From the human T2T-CHM13v2.0 reference genome, Homo sapiens, in NCBI RefSeq assembly GCF_009914755.1, contig NC_060934.1: 64,000 nt of DNA. One strand, given 5' to 3'. This document shows positions 39,091-57,574 of this stretch, piece after piece; positions within the stretch are counted from its first letter, which is position 1; the number at the start of each line of letters is the position of its first letter. The position numbers were made by a program, and so were the translations under genes. The notes beneath the pieces were generated by a model. The model did not search any database. It worked only from the letters and a program-made list of their open reading frames with translations, and was not told the origin of the DNA.

Positions 39091-42000
39091 TAAAAAATTA
39101 GTTGGAACAATGGAAATGATGTTGGGTTTTTAGAAACTTGAGAGGTTAACAGCAGAGTGAATGGCCAAGAAGCCACTGCAGAGGAAGCTTGCTGTTACAA
39201 TGCCCAAGGAGATTGAAATGAAGGAAATTAAAATAGTCACAAGAGAAAATTGACTGGCTTTGTTATTGTAGACAGGTACAAAAGATGACTTTGAGGCCTT
39301 AAGTCCAAAGTCGGTGGTCTAATTGACAGTCATTAGGAACTTGGCTGGGTTATTAATAGAATTTGAAGTTTATTTCAATCTATTCATCTGAAAAAAGGTG
39401 AGAGGATGGAAATTAATTAGAATTCTCAGTTTATAAAACCAGTTCCAAGAATGTGGATTCAAAATAAATTAGCAGGTATATTAATTTTCTTCAATATTGC
39501 CATGGTCTGACTCTTAATCTAGTGAGAGGCAAAAATATCACAGAATAATGACAATTTATAAATTTTTTTTTCTAGTTGACAAAGCAATTTTATATATATT
39601 GTCTCATTCGGTCTTCCAACAACTCTGTGAGATGGATGTTGATGGAAGGATCTAACATTTGTCTGATAAGTTATATTTCGCAAAGCACTCCTACCCACAG
39701 CACCTCATTTAGTGCTCACACCGATTAATCTCTAACACACACTCACAACATTTACCTGACTGTGGTTTTCTAATATAGATTTTCTTTTCTGTCTCTGAAA
39801 ATGAAATTCCCTACAGAGAATGTGCACCCATGCCTTGTCTGTGCTCTAAACCTCTCTTCATTTTTCAAAATTCTGTTCAGCTAGAACATTATCTTTGCCC
39901 CTTCCCCAGAAGCACAGAGGTGGAGTAGGGAGAGGCTGAGGAGGGAGGACCCAGCCAGGTGGCCCTTGGCTGGTGTATATGGAGGTGGGGTGTGAAGAAG
40001 CTCCCTCAGCAACATCGAGGGTTATGGAAATTTTGGCGTGACCTTATCGTCTTTGGCTTTTTCCTGAAGTGGGGATCGTAGAGAAACTGGCTGTTGTGTG
40101 AGAGTGGGTAGTGTGCTGTTGAGGGGATGACATTTCCTATGCAAACACACGTAAGCACATGGAGAGGCTCTGTATTCCTTGCTTAGATAAAATTACCTTT
40201 CTGGATTTTAGGAGAAGGAAGGGCAAAGCTCATTTGGTTGTTTGTAGGATCTGGCAGTGGACTGTGTCTGATTTTGCAATGTAACTCAAAGGGTGGTATC
40301 ACACAGGCCAAGGGAGGAGTGAACTTCCAGGAGGGAGTAGGTCATCACTGTCAGCATCCGCCAGGAGAAGCATAACCGAGGGAAGCATGCCCACAGGGAA
40401 GTCGCTCACCGGTGCCCTGTGAGAGTCCTGTTCTGGGAAGTTGTTGGGGATGGAAGTCTGGCAGCCAAGGGCCCCAAAGGGAAGAGATGTGAGACAATGG
40501 GGACAGCAGACTTGGGTTACTTGTAGGAGACATTTGACTATGAAACATTGGAGGGAAAAAAATGTAAAAACACACATGTAAAACACAAATACATTCTTGT
40601 AAAAGATTCAACCAATTTAGAAACACAGAATAAGCCATGCAAGACCTCTGTTCCTTTTTGTCTCAGCCCTACTCCCTGAGTCTAATGGAGTGATGCGTGC
40701 TCTTCTCGTCACTGGTAAACATTTTAAAGAGAGGGATGGGATGACAGGCATGAGTGCAAGTTGCAAGCCCAGGAAAGAGAGACAAGGGTGAAGATAGGAA
40801 TGCATGTTTGTGGATATGCCTGGGGATAGTATGTGTGGTTTCATGTGCATGGGTGTGTGTCTGCGTATGTTGATTCACATGCACACACCAGGCAAGAGGA
40901 TGAAGGCTACCAGCTCTTCATGTGAGATGGACAGGAAGGCGGAGAGAGTTTAGGTAGCACTGATGACTTGCGATGGAGGTTGGGGTCACTTAAGGTATCT
41001 TCTGTCTGCTTAGATCAGGCCATCTGCCGAGCAAGTATGTTGGAGGTGAGACTGGGATCCCAAAGACAGTTCTGAAGAGGCTGCTGGAGGAGACACTGTC
41101 CAGGTGTTCACAAGAAATGGACGTGGGAATTGCTGAGCAGAGAAAAGGAAAGGATCAAGGCACAGAGGATCCATTGATTTTGTTGAATTCGTAGCAGCTC
41201 CATTCTGTACAGTTCTGCATTGCCCTCCAGCAGCACCGTGTGGCCAGGGAGCTGAGTGATTGGCCCCACAGTAGGAGATTGGTAGTGCTGGGAGTGTGCA
41301 TGGCAGTTGTCACAGAGGCTGGTGATGAGGGGGTGGCAGGTGCTGTGGGGGTCACTCAGAAGCATTTGACTCTGCAGTTGAGGAAGAAGAAGGAGAGCAA
41401 TGAAATCAGGCAGAGGCTAATGTGCTGGTGGAGTGGGAGTGTTGAGTAGGGTCCTGGTGGCGAGGGCAGAGAGCAAAGGAGTGAGCGAGCCTGCATTCAG
41501 ACAGGGAGACCATGGAGCTTGAGCATTTCAAAGCCAGCTCTTGAATTAATGACATTCATATTCAACTAGCTGTGGAATTTCAGGGGTAATATGTCAGCCA
41601 GATAAAGGCAAAAAAGCATGCCAGTGTCTACTGTGGCATATCAGCTCCTGTCCCCCAAATTTGTTTATTAAAATTTCCTTGTTAAGGATCCGTTAGTAAG
41701 CGTCACTTCTGAAATTGATGTGTATTTGGAGAAGCCTCAATTCCTCTTTGATATTGAATATTACTGTGGCTCTCTGATGTGTGAATTCTTTCATTCTGCT
41801 AGGTCTCACCCAAATTCGCTTTCTCTTAAGTAAAAAACAACTCAAGGTACACGTTTATACCATCCCTCACTTTTATTTTTATAAAAACTGATCTTTTCAT
41901 CTGTTGAGCTACTACCTACCCGGGTTGACTCTTGGGCTAGGCATAGAATCACTACACTTTTGCATTTGAGGCTCCAGGCCTTGGCTGGCTTGGACAGGAC

Positions 42001-42863
42001 ACAAATATAAACTCATTTTTTTTTTTTCCCACAGCCTCTCCTCTTTTGCCTGCTCTGAGGGTTCTGGCTCTCTCACTGACAGCCCCTCCTCCCACTCGGG
42101 GAGGGGTCTGCACCTGCAGAGTCATTCCCTTGGCTTTTCAGGTACATAATCAGGATAGCAGTGAGGGGTGGATAGATGGGCAGCACATGAAAGGAGCTAT
42201 TCTAGAGCTTTTGAAGTCAAGAATGTGAGGGTGGCTGCACATGGTGAGGGAAGGGGGGTTTTAAGTACTGATGTGGATAATGTATCCCCTTCACAATAGT
42301 TAAAAGACACGAATGATGTACTTAAGTTAGCCTGAAGTTACTTGTTGGTCGCTTTCTTTGCCCATGATAGCTCTCTGTGACTGGACCACATGGGTCTTAG
42401 TGTCAATGGGGCTATACTAGAATCGTCACTTTCCAGTCAAGAGTAGACAGCATTAAAAAGGGAGCAGCCCCAGGACCACTAAAATCACACAGGCTGATCC
42501 AGTGATAGTCCACGGGGCAACAGAAACACTAGGAGCCTGACAACAAAAGGTTGTTTTCTTATGATTTTGCTTTTCACATTACCTTCTCACTTACAGTCTT
42601 CTTTTGGAAACGAATCTTCTTTCTATTACAGAGCTTAATACACAATTTTCCACTTCCCTAAAATTTTATTAAGTGCTTTATGGAACAATTTGCATGAGGT
42701 CTGATTTTCCAAGTTGTTGGCTGTGCAGCGTAATGACCTCATACTTTTTCATCTAGTTTCATGCTATTATTTATATAAAGAGGTGATTGGTTTGCATTCA
42801 AATTAGGCATATGTGAAACTGGACACATTTTTGCATCTAAAAAACACCATTGTTGCTCTATTT

Positions 42864-43166
42864 CAGTGCTGTCCACTAAAAAATAATGTGAGCCATGTGT
42901 GTGATTTTAAATTTTCTAGTAGCCACAATAAGAAAATGTAAAAATAATCAGGTAAAATTAATTTTAATAACATTGTTTAGCACAGTTTATGCAAAATTAT
43001 ATCACTTCAACATGAAATGAATTTATTAATGTGATATTTTATATTTTTTGTACTAAGTTTACACTATCTGCCATGTATTAACATTTAAAGCAAATATCAA
43101 TTCAGACTACATTTCAAGTGCTTGATAGCCACGGGTGGCTAGTGGCTACCACACTGATGAGCACAG
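42864..43166. mobile_element. MER33/MER3-family hAT MITE
   Basis: cagtgctgtcca...aattttctagtagccaca...tttcaagtgcttgatagccacgggtggctagtggctacc...agcacag. Confidence 0.85.
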
Positions 43167-43289
43167 TTCTGTTTTATGGTCATGATTAGTTGGGTACCAG
43201 TTTGGCTACTAGGTTCTTTCTGATTTACTGAGTGTATTTGATGTAATCTGAATGAGGGCACTACTGGGAGTGGCAGAGAGTTGTTTAGT

Positions 43290-43510
43290 CAGTTACATTA
43301 ATCATTCATTCGTTCTTCTTTTCATTCACACACTCATTCAACAAACACTGAGTACCAGGTCTTATGCTTATTCTAGGGATACAGAAAGACACAGGAACAG
43401 TTCTTATATGTGACAAAGGCAATGTCTAGTGGAAGAGACAAGCATGTAAACAAGTAACTATAACTACAGCACAGTATAATAAAGTACATACAAGAAACAT
43501 AGACATAGTG
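43290..43510 (-). mobile_element. L2 3' end
   Basis: cattcattc...cattcaacaaacactgagtacc...tctagtggaagagacaagcatgtaaacaagtaact. Confidence 0.65.
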
Positions 43511-43639
43511 TTATGGGATTTATATTTGGAAAAATTAGAGTTCTATTTCTTATCATACACTAAATTTTAAAAACTTCCTAAAAGTTCTAGAATAAACTAT
43601 AAATATATTTCTACATATTCTTGAGGGTGGGAAAAATCC

Positions 43640-45200
<1,561 letters not shown>

Positions 45201-45248
45201 CCCAAGGTTAAAAAAACCTAACTTTAACACTAAAGATGCAGTTAATTT

Positions 45249-45511
45249 TCTTTTTGAGACAGGGTCTCGTTCCATCACCCAGATTGGAGTGCAGTGGTAA
45301 AATCATAGCTCACTGCAGCTCCAAACTTCTGGGATCAAGCCATCCACCTGCCTCAGCCTCCTGAGTAGCTACGATTGTAGGCATGTGCCACAGCATGTGC
45401 CTAATTTTTGAATTTTTTGTAGAATCTTGCTATGTTGTCCAGGCTGGTCTTGAATTCCTGGCCTTAAGAGATCCTTCCACCTTAGCCTCCCAGAGCACCG
45501 GCATTACAGGC
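45249..45511 (-). mobile_element. AluJ, slightly 5'-truncated
   Basis: Diverged reverse-complement Alu; TSD aagatgcagttaattt. Confidence 0.9.
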
Positions 45512-46159
45512 AAGATGCAGTTAATTTGAAGAAATTAGAAAGACCTCCCAAGAGAAGTTACTTTGATCGTCAGGGTCTTGAAGGATGGGAATTTGTTTGC
45601 CAAGGGGTGGAGGTGGAAATAGGGGAAGGGCATTCTGCAAAAATAAGTGGCCAGTACCAAGGCAAGAAGCCTCAGGAGAACCTGCTCAGATCAGGGAGTG
45701 ACAGTGATTTTGTGTGATGGCATATAGGGAACATGAAGAGGAGCAGAGCCAGGATGGAGCCCTCTCTGCTCTGAGCCCATCCCATGATGTCATGATCCAG
45801 CTATTGCTGGGAGGCTTTTTAGGATTTCATCACAAAGTTCGAATTACTTGGGGTTATTTCAACTTGAGTATTTAATTCCATCAGAATATTTCTTGTTTTC
45901 AAATTTTAATTTAGCATACTCTTCCAAAGAATGTTCCAAGTAAGCGAGATTTTGCTGAGTGGGCTTTCATTGCTACATTGCATTTTTTAACAAGTTATTT
46001 GCTTAAGATCCTTTCCTTATGCAGCTGTCATTGTCAATGTACAGTTACACGGCTGCTCTGGTCTCTCCAGAACCCTCACTCCCTTGGCTGTCCCTCTGGT
46101 TTGGCAGGTGACTTCAAATACTTTGCTTTGCAAACTATTGGAAGAAGCCAAGAGTGTGT

Positions 46160-46365
46160 GGCTCTAGGCTTAGAGTCACACTGGCCTGGGTAGGAATCCT
46201 GGCCATTTTAAGTGTGTGATCCTGGGCAAATTACTTAGCCTCACTCAGCCTCTGTTTCCTCTGCTGTGAAATGGAGTTGATGTGTGAGGACCACATGGAT
46301 AATGTCTATAAAGTGGTTTTCAGAGCTTGTAGTATGTGCTAAATAAATGTTAGCTATTATTATAA
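46160..46365 (+). mobile_element. MIR
   Basis: gtgtgatcctgggcaaattacttagcctcactcagcctctgtttcctc..tgaaatgg. Confidence 0.7.
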
Positions 46366-47009
46366 TTACTATTTTATGGGTAACTGGATTCCTTCTGCCT
46401 TCTCTTATTAATCCCCAGGGGATTGTTTATAATATAGGCCTAATTAGCTATTTATGGTTCTAGAACTTCTCTTGTGTTTCCTACCTCAGTGGCATGTTGT
46501 TGAGAGGAAGCTGAGAATTCATTGTCTAGGCTGACTCTTGATCCCAGGCTTCAATGAGCATAGTGTAGGAGGCCTCAGGTCTCCTAAGTTAGCCAGTTTA
46601 TACAGGGTGTGAGGAATGAGCCCTTTTGGGACCACAGACTGTGGGTTCGAATGGCACATGCCATTAGGTTATCTATCTGTGGAATCCCAACATTCATGCA
46701 GCCTGGTTCATCCCACCCTTGAACAAATCACCAAGAAGCAGAGATTCTAGAGAGAGAGAGTCAGGGCGAGAAACTCATGGATTCAGCCAGGTGACCTTTG
46801 GAGTTGAAGCCTCCAAGCATTTGGGAAGTGATAGACCATTACTGGTGATGAAATCTCAGTGGACTTTTCTTTTCAGAAGTGTCCCTTCTCTGATTCTTGT
46901 GATATCACTTGTAACTGTCAAGAATTGCTCTTATCACAACATCCTGTTGAGTCACTTGTCTGCCTCTCCCATTAGACTCTAAATTCCTTGAGACCCACAC
47001 AGTCTCTAG

Positions 47010-47200
47010 GAAGGAGCATGGTCTTTTGGAATTGAGTCTTCTACACAGCTCTAGGACTTGTGACCTTGGTCAGGTTACTTGTTTCCTCATCTGTAAAATG
47101 AAGATACTTACTGATTTATAGACTTATTATAAGGATCAGATATAATTTATGAAAAGTGACTGGCATATAATAGTTGGTTAGTAAATGGTAGCTGGTGACT
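47010..47200 (+). mobile_element. MIR
   Basis: tgtgaccttgg..ggttactt..tttcctcatctgtaaaatg. Confidence 0.65.
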
Positions 47201-47327
47201 ATGAGAACAACCACGATATCAGCAATGATAATGCCAGAGTAGCACTGTGCCTGATGTGTCTGTCCATCAGCACGTGTTTTGTGGATAGATGGTTGGATGA
47301 ATGAATGGTCAAATAAATTCATGTTTA

Positions 47328-47681
<354 letters not shown>

Positions 47682-48491
47682 TTAGCCTCAACCACATTTG
47701 ATGGCATCAAACACACTCACATTTGCCTCCTCTCTCATCTTTTCGGGCTCAGAAGTTTGCAGATTCTCCTCCCTTGTTGACTCTTCTTTCTTGGTCTTTT
47801 TTCATTTCTCCTGTTCCCTAGAATGTTAACCATTCTCCAGAGCATATTCTTGAACATTGCTTTTACTGCTTTCACTCTCAAGGATTTCATTCTTTATTAA
47901 GGCTTCAATTATCACTGGTATGTAGATAAAGTCGAGATGTCTTATATAGATTCTTCTGCATTCTGGGCTTATATTTCTTAAAACTTATTTGTCAAAAGGA
48001 TGCCCTGTTGACTCTTTAAAATTGAACTTACCATCTTCTGCCTGAAGCCTGCTCCTTCCCTGGCATGGGTATGCACATTCATGGTGTGGCAGCTTTTCCA
48101 GGCTCCCAGAGGCTTGACGTGCCAGAGTCATTTCCGACTCCTCCCACCCATGTTCCAGGCAGTCACTGATCATGTAATTCCATCTCCATATGCTCTTGCA
48201 TCTGCTTCCAACCTCTTTTTTCCCCCCAGGCACTATTCTGATTCAGGTCCTCTCTATGATCTTAAGCCAGTTCTCTGAAGTGGAACACTTAAACACTGAG
48301 TGCTGTAAGAAATATTAGAATTTCTGCACATATGTACATTTTAATCTCAATCTTTGAAATGTTCTGTTTTATATATGTTTTATAATGTAAATAATTTATT
48401 AGAGTAGTGTATGTATATACGATACAATAGAATAACATTTTTATTAGTAGAACAATAATCTGTTATACACCAAGAAGCCCTCAGTAGCTTC

Positions 48492-48895
48492 TGTGTTAGG
48501 CTGTTCTTGCATTGCTATGAAGAAATACCCAAGACTCGGTAATTTATAAAGACAAGAGTTTTAAGTGGCTCATCGTTCTGTAGACTGTCCAGGAAGCATG
48601 GCGCTGGCATCTGCTCAGCTTCTGGGGAGGCCTCAGCGAGCTTTTTCTTATGGTGGAAGGTGAAGCGGGAGTAGGCACCGCACATAATGAAAGCAGGAAC
48701 AGGAGAGAGTGGGAGGGAAGGTGCCACACACCTAAACAACCAGATCTCACTAGTACTCATTCTTGCAAGGACAGCACCAAGCCATGAGGGATCCACCACC
48801 AGGACCCAAGCACCTCCCACCAGGACCCACCTCCAGTATTGGGGATTACATTTCAATGTGAGATTGGGTCAGGGACAAATATCGAAACTATATCA
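48492..48895 (-). mobile_element. MST (MSTB-like) MaLR solo LTR with 5-bp TSD
   Basis: tgtgttaggctgttcttgcattgctatgaagaaatacc...aaactatatca; TSD gcttc on both sides (48487-48491, 48896-48900). Confidence 0.9.
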
Positions 48896-49129
48896 GCTTC
48901 TAACTGCCTATCATATTGAAAACAAACTCACCTGCCTGTCATTGAAGGCATATATAGTACCTCCTTTCTAGGCTGGTAAGGCAGTCCCTGGCGTAGAGTC
49001 CCTTGCACACGCTGCAGGCTCTAGCCAAATTGAACTACTTACTGGATGCTTTTAAGCTCTCACTTCTTCACCTTTATGACTTTGATTGTATTGTTCTCTT
49101 CTCTTACTCTCCATTTGCTATAAATAATA

Positions 49130-49400
49130 TGCATAGTGGTTAAGAGCAAGGAGATTATATATATCCATTTCTATCTCAGTCATTGAAATGTTCTATTTCA
49201 TATAAGTTCAAATCTTGGCTCTAACACTTTCTAGTTGTTTTATTTGGGCAAGTCACTGACACTTCTGAACCTCAACTTCCTCATCTGGAAAATAGGGATA
49301 ACAACAATCAGCTCACAGGTTTGTTGTGTGGATTTATTAAGTAACACATGTGCTGAGCTTAGCACCATGTCTGGCATATTCTTAATACCTGATCTAAAAG
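49130..49400 (+). mobile_element. MIR
   Basis: tttgggcaagtcactgacacttctgaacctcaacttcctcatctggaaaatagggataa. Confidence 0.7.
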
Positions 49401-50289
49401 TGAGAGCTGCTGCTACTGCTTCTATTACTCCTTTCTAGTATTTTTAGTCCAATTCTCTCAAATGTGAGATTGTGCAGGAAAGTAAAGGTTGTTGTAACAT
49501 AAAAATATTAACAAACGAGCTTGCCATTTATGTGACTATTCCTTACTCAGACATCCCTCCAGCATCATATGACTAACCCCTGCCCATTCTGACATCATTG
49601 GTCCGTTTCAGTAGAATTGTTTAATATTTTTAATACCCAACAGCACAATGCAAATATGATGCAAGGTAACTGTAAAATAAAACTAAACTTTGCAAAAGAT
49701 GTTAGATACCATGAAGTCAATGCAACTTCATGATATTAGAAAAATGATAATAGAAAAATGCTGGAATCATGTACAAAGGCAATGATCTAAATTAGGATCT
49801 AGTGGAAAAAGAGAAAATTGAACAAGTATAAGTATAGGCACTTCAAAAAAGAATGTTTTAAATATCAAAGGATTAAGAGGGAATTTGGAAGAAATTAATG
49901 AAGCTTTTAAATATTACTGCTAACAGAAATATTTTAAAAATACTTGGTCAGAGTATTTAAATAAAATACAAAAAACATTAACCATAAAAGAAATATGTAT
50001 AAATCTTGCTACGTTAAAATTAAGAGTATCTGCTCCCCAAGAGAAATCATAAGAGCACAAACTTTATATATCTTTCTATATCCAGAATATATAAATAATT
50101 ACAAATCAGTAAAAAAAAATACTATATGTGAACAGGCATTTCTCAGAGGAGGAAACACAAATGGATAAACTTGGGGAGAAAATAACTCAACCTTATTTTA
50201 TAAGGAGGGAAATGGAACATTTGATGGGACATATGATAACATTGAGATGCCATTTTACTGTTTCTAGAAGGACAAAAGTTAACATGTCT

Positions 50290-50412
50290 GTATTAGTTAT
50301 CTATTGCTCCATTACAAATGACCATGAATTTCACAGCTTAAAACAACACACATTATCTCATAACTTCAGTGGGTTGGGAGTCTGGGTATGGCTTAACTGG
50401 GTCCTTTGCTTA
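50290..50412 (-). mobile_element. MLT1 LTR 3'-end fragment within L1M
   Basis: tgtattagttatctattgc...cttaaaacaacacacattatctcata...gggtatggcttaactgggtcc. Confidence 0.7.
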
Positions 50413-50468
50413 GGAATGCCTAACAACACTCAGCAATGGCAAGTATGCAAATCAATGGGAATTTTTAT

Positions 50469-50818
<350 letters not shown>

Positions 50819-51738
50819 CATCAATGGGAATTTTTATAAAGCACTTTGGAAAATAATTTTCTATTACCTTAAAAAGTTGAATGTTCATATAGCTTTAAGA
50901 TGCAGCACTTCCACTCATAGGTCTATATCCTAGAAAGACTTGGACTTGTGAACTTGGGAACATGCACAAGAATGTTCATAAAAACAAAACCTGGGAAATA
51001 ACCCAAATACCCACTGACAGGTGAATGCAGAGATTGGGAATTCTTACCCAGTGGAATATCAAATCAACTACATGAACAGAAACACACAATAACCATAAGA
51101 TTTATGGTTCAATAAATCTTAGAACCATATTATTGAGGAAAACAAGCAAGCCAAAGAAAACTAGATACACTCAGATATATTTTCATAAAGCTCAAAGCAA
51201 AACTAAGTAACAGATATGTGATAAAACTATATGGAAAAATCAAGGCAATTATGATAATGGGTTTCAGAATGGTGCTTACCTTGGATGATGGTTGTAAGCA
51301 CAGGGGTGGGTTGGGGAAGGGAGTACGCAGTAGCTTCCTGGTAATGAGAATATTCTATTTCATAAGTTGGGTGATGGGTTTACCCTGAGCATTTATTATC
51401 ATGCTTTATAGCTATATATGCTATGTATTTTCTTTTGTATGATTTTTACATAATAAAAATTTAAGAAAATGTGCACTATAGTAGTCAGATATATGAAATC
51501 AAATTATACTATAATATAATGTTGTCAGTTATGTCAAAAAACCCCAGTCATTTTAATTGGGGTTTACTGGTTATTTGTTCTAATAAGTAGCACATTATTA
51601 CAATTAAAATGTAAAATTTGTTAATTATAAGACAAAAAACTTATGAGTATTAGATCAGTTTTTCAAGGAAAAAATCTCACTGAAACTTTTATTTTATTGT
51701 TTATTTTGAAAATTGGACAGCATTTTATTTCATTTCAT

Positions 51739-52265
<527 letters not shown>

Positions 52266-53129
52266 ACTGATTTACTATTTTAAACAACTCCTCTTCTTCC
52301 CCTTTAAACATTTACCGTCTACGCATGCTAACGTCTCCAGAGATGACTGCTCTAGCATGCATCTATAGGTCCTTGTTTAGCTCCTTTTATCAAAAAATAC
52401 CAAACACAATTCTATTTTTTGCATCTGAAGGGCTCTATTCACCAAGAATAGGAAAAAAAAATTCTTTGGAATAGCCAATTAAGTTGAATTTTAAAAAAAC
52501 CACATGAATGTGATTTGGTTGGGTCAGGAATCCATTCCTGTGTTCCCGGTAATCTGATACCCATCCTTGAATCCTTGTAATTCATCCTCCCTATCCTTGC
52601 CAAGTTATGATTTGAATCCAATGATCTAGCTTCAAGGATTGAGCCCTCTCCAGTCCAAACATTTATAACCAGCAAAACCAAAGGAAAGGAGGCAAAATGT
52701 AATCAGAAAATGTTTCTAGGGAATGAGGAGTTATGTCTGTTATGCGCTTAACAGAGGTACATCAATAACTATCAAATTCCCTCAAACAAATTTCTCCACG
52801 GTATTCAGATAAATTTAAGAAATTTAATCGTCATAGAGACAATGGATACTATTTAAAATGGATTAACTTCAAGTGGCTTTATCTATTCAATTTGTCCTTT
52901 GATAGTGAAGACCTTTTCAGATCCACAAATACAAATATTACTGCTACTTCTTCTCCCACCAAGATGCATCTGAAATATTTCCCTTTCCGTGGCCCACCAA
53001 ATTGATATCATCTCCACTTTTGAACTTACCTACACATGCATAGTACTCCTAGCACCTCTTTGGGAACCTGGCATGACTGTTTTGTTTTATAATGACTTAG
53101 TTATTTGTTTTTCCATAACTGGATACTAA

Positions 53130-53465
<336 letters not shown>

Positions 53466-54451
53466 TGAACCTAGAACAGTCACACACATAGAGTTATTGC
53501 TAAATAAATACTTAGTTGACTTGAATTTCTCTGGACGTGTTTCATTACTGGCTTTAAGAAAAGTCAACACTATCATGATTTTTAATATGTGCAAATTCTT
53601 CACATGGATTAAATTGCTAGGAAAGCAAGCAAACAGCCTTGGTAACAATGTTCAGGCTAGCCTAGAGAATTACATACTTTGTACCAGATTTTACATACAT
53701 ATATTTGCATTTTGGAAATAAAGTCCCTTGCAAAAACATCTCTCAAGAAAGCTTGTGTTGCTTACATCAGAAAGCACCAGAAGCATTTTTCCTATTGTTA
53801 CAAAAATGGTGAAGGTTAGTGCATGCAAATTTCTCATATGCCTCATAAAACACTTACTCATCTACATCTAAAGCCAAGAACCACTGTGTAACCGACTAGT
53901 TCCCTGCTCGTAAGGAACTCGGCTGTGTAATTCTGTTTCATCACCAAATGCCAGCATTTCCTGTCCTCTCTAGGGGGCTTTACTACTTCATGACATCATA
54001 AACAAGATAGGCCCAGAGTTCAGTTTAGCTGACATCTTCGTTATAAAACCAATAAACAAGAAAGCCCCAGGGTATTAGGCATTATTTTTTCTTTTCTGAA
54101 GCTAGATAGAAATGTAATATGTTTACAGAGTTTCTAATTTATTTTTCTGTTAATGAAAACAGGCATTTCCAGATAAATTAGGCCGTGTTCTAGAGTTGCT
54201 TTTATATACAGAGGGAAGTAATTTTGCTTAGAATTTTAAATGTAACTTTTGTCTTTTGTTAAGAATTATGGATGGTAGTGGGGGGATGGAAAAAGGACTG
54301 AAACCAAGCACAGAGGCAAAAATGTATTGCCTTTTTTTTTCAATTCTGGAAAAGAGTTATGTGTGCAATTAGGATTTCTGTGTTTAAGGAGGCTGTTTAA
54401 AAAGTCAACACATTATTTAGTTGAGGAATGTAGTTTAAGAATTATGCTTAC

Positions 54452-54749
<298 letters not shown>

Positions 54750-57184
54750 GTTATGCTTACATTTTTATATTTATGTGTATCAGTATGTACATGCACATAC
54801 AAGTAGTCTTTTCAGAGCCAATTAATTTGAATACATTTGCAAGTCTTATGAATTAAAAAAATGTTTGAAACTACTTGAACTATCAGAAAACCTCTACAAA
54901 TATTGAAGAGATCAAGGCAAAGTTGTACCTCAAGTGATTTTCTGAGTTATACACAACATACATAATAAAAAAATATTGCTCGAAGTGATGGAACTCATAG
55001 GACCAGCTCAATAAAGTGAATTATGCAAGCTCTGCTAACTGGAAGATGTTATTGAATGGTTTAATTCAAGTAAAAGTTCTCAACACAAATATATCTGTAC
55101 CTGTATTGATGTATGTTGGTAAAATACGATGGGCATAGTTTGCTGACCTGACCGTGTAATTGCAGTCAATGAAATTATTAAGCTTCCTCAATAGAATGAG
55201 GAGAGCACAACAGCAGGTGCGAGTTATATAGAGAGAGATTCACCATGGTTCTGGCCTTAAAGGCTCAAAATTCAGTTGGAGAGAAATAATGGGTTTATAA
55301 AGATAAAATATTGTTGGTAGTAACATGATATCTGTTGAAATTTTGAGAAAGAGATTTTCTGTGTATTCTGTGAAGTAGCTTCTCTCAGAAGCAGTGGTTA
55401 TTGAATAAAAAAAATCAACATTATCTTGAACCCATTGGGTAAGGCTGGAGTGAAGGCAAGATGGAATCTCTTTCCTTGGAGTTCTTGGCACTCAAGCATC
55501 TGAGTGGGTAGCTTTTGCCCTGGTAGGTGTAGATAAGCATGTGTCTTTGGTCTGGAGGAAAGCTGCCTGTTTCGCTTGAGTCAGCTTGTTCACAGAGTGA
55601 GGTGATTCTTCCCAACTCTCACCCAAGCAAATTGATGACTCCAGGGTGAGCAGAATCAATGCACTGGCATTTGCCAAATACAGATTCAGATGAAAATGGA
55701 ATAAATTAGTTCCTCTCAGTCAGTTATTGCTTCGTGTATGCGAGCTGAGGAAGAAGGGGTGCTGAGGTGCATGTTGAATGTGAACTACCTTCTGTTTTCA
55801 GCTGAAGATATAAACAGACAGTGATTATAAAACTGTAGCTTGGTGGGGAAAGGAGTTCTGTGAGAAACTCAATTTCTCCCTCTGAATTGTACCTGGAGTA
55901 GCACTGACTCTTATTTGCATAGGCTGTTCAGAATATGTCTGGAATTTCCATTGTGAGGTTACAGACTGCCACCATGTAATAACAGCATTATTGGAAGCTA
56001 ATACTGTAATTAATTTCTTACTACCATACTTAGCTGATATTGACAATGAGATGTGTGATTACCCAGCATAACTTGGCAGATTCTTCACAGCAAAAGAATT
56101 CATAATCACATCTGATGGCCTGTCCAACGGAGAGAACAGGATGTCTAGGAAGAGGCTATCATTTCAAGGATGGACATAGTATGGTTAGTGCTCTCAAGAC
56201 ATGCTTAGCCAAAGAGAAAGCTAGTATTTTGGTATTAGTAGTTGAGCTTGATTCCAGTACAGCTGTTCATAAAATAGTGAGGCATGCTACAAAGCGATAT
56301 TGCTGTGCATCACCAGAAAACTCGGAATAAAAGAAATGCCAAACTGAAGATGCAATCTTTTGTTGGTGGGGAAATAATATCCTCTTTATGATATTCTTAT
56401 GATGTTTCATTGACATATGGTGCTTCTAACCAAGTGACAAATTAATTGACTAAAGAGAAATGGATGTGGCTTAGTAAAGAAGGACAGGATATGTATTATA
56501 AGGCAGCTGGTTCTGCCACTGCTGGCTTATGGAGACAATATACATTGGACAGCTAATGAGTCTCTGTTGCATAAGATAGATTCTCTTTATAATAGAATTG
56601 CACGCTTTGTCTCTAAATGGGGTTATTATACACACCATTGCACAATGTTTGAAGAGCTTGGTTGGCCCTTGTAGAGGATTACGAGAGAAATAAATTGGAA
56701 GACAATGTACTGAAGACCTTCAATCCATCAAACATTTCATATTTATCTAAATTACTAGCACATTCTCCAAAAATATGAGTCTGTATGATACACAAGGCTA
56801 GAATGTTAATGCTGACCAGACTTTGCTTTATCAGACAGGTTTTCCACTGTAAGCATTGACCAAAATTCACGCACAGTGAAGCCGGGCAATACACATTCCA
56901 ACAACTGCCCCCATTCCATTTGCCTCTGCTCTTCATGTATTCCACTATCTTAGTCCCTGAAGTTTCATTTGTTATTTCTTCTACCCACCATGAACACACA
57001 GGGCTCACTTGCCCTGGGTTATTTAATTCTCAGAACTTTTTGACTTTGACTACCCAGACAGCTTTAGTGGTAATTCAGTTTCTTCACTTTTCTCCATACT
57101 TGTGGGCCCTCACAGTTCAGTTGCTCAGCTATTCTTTATAATAAATCCATTTCAATTAAGGTTAAAGCCTAGAAAGAAATACTA

Positions 57185-57574
<390 letters not shown>

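Noticed and set aside
49520-49950. Possible Tigger-type transposase remnant or processed pseudogene
   Set aside because: Too degraded to assign by eye; no open frame or termini identified.
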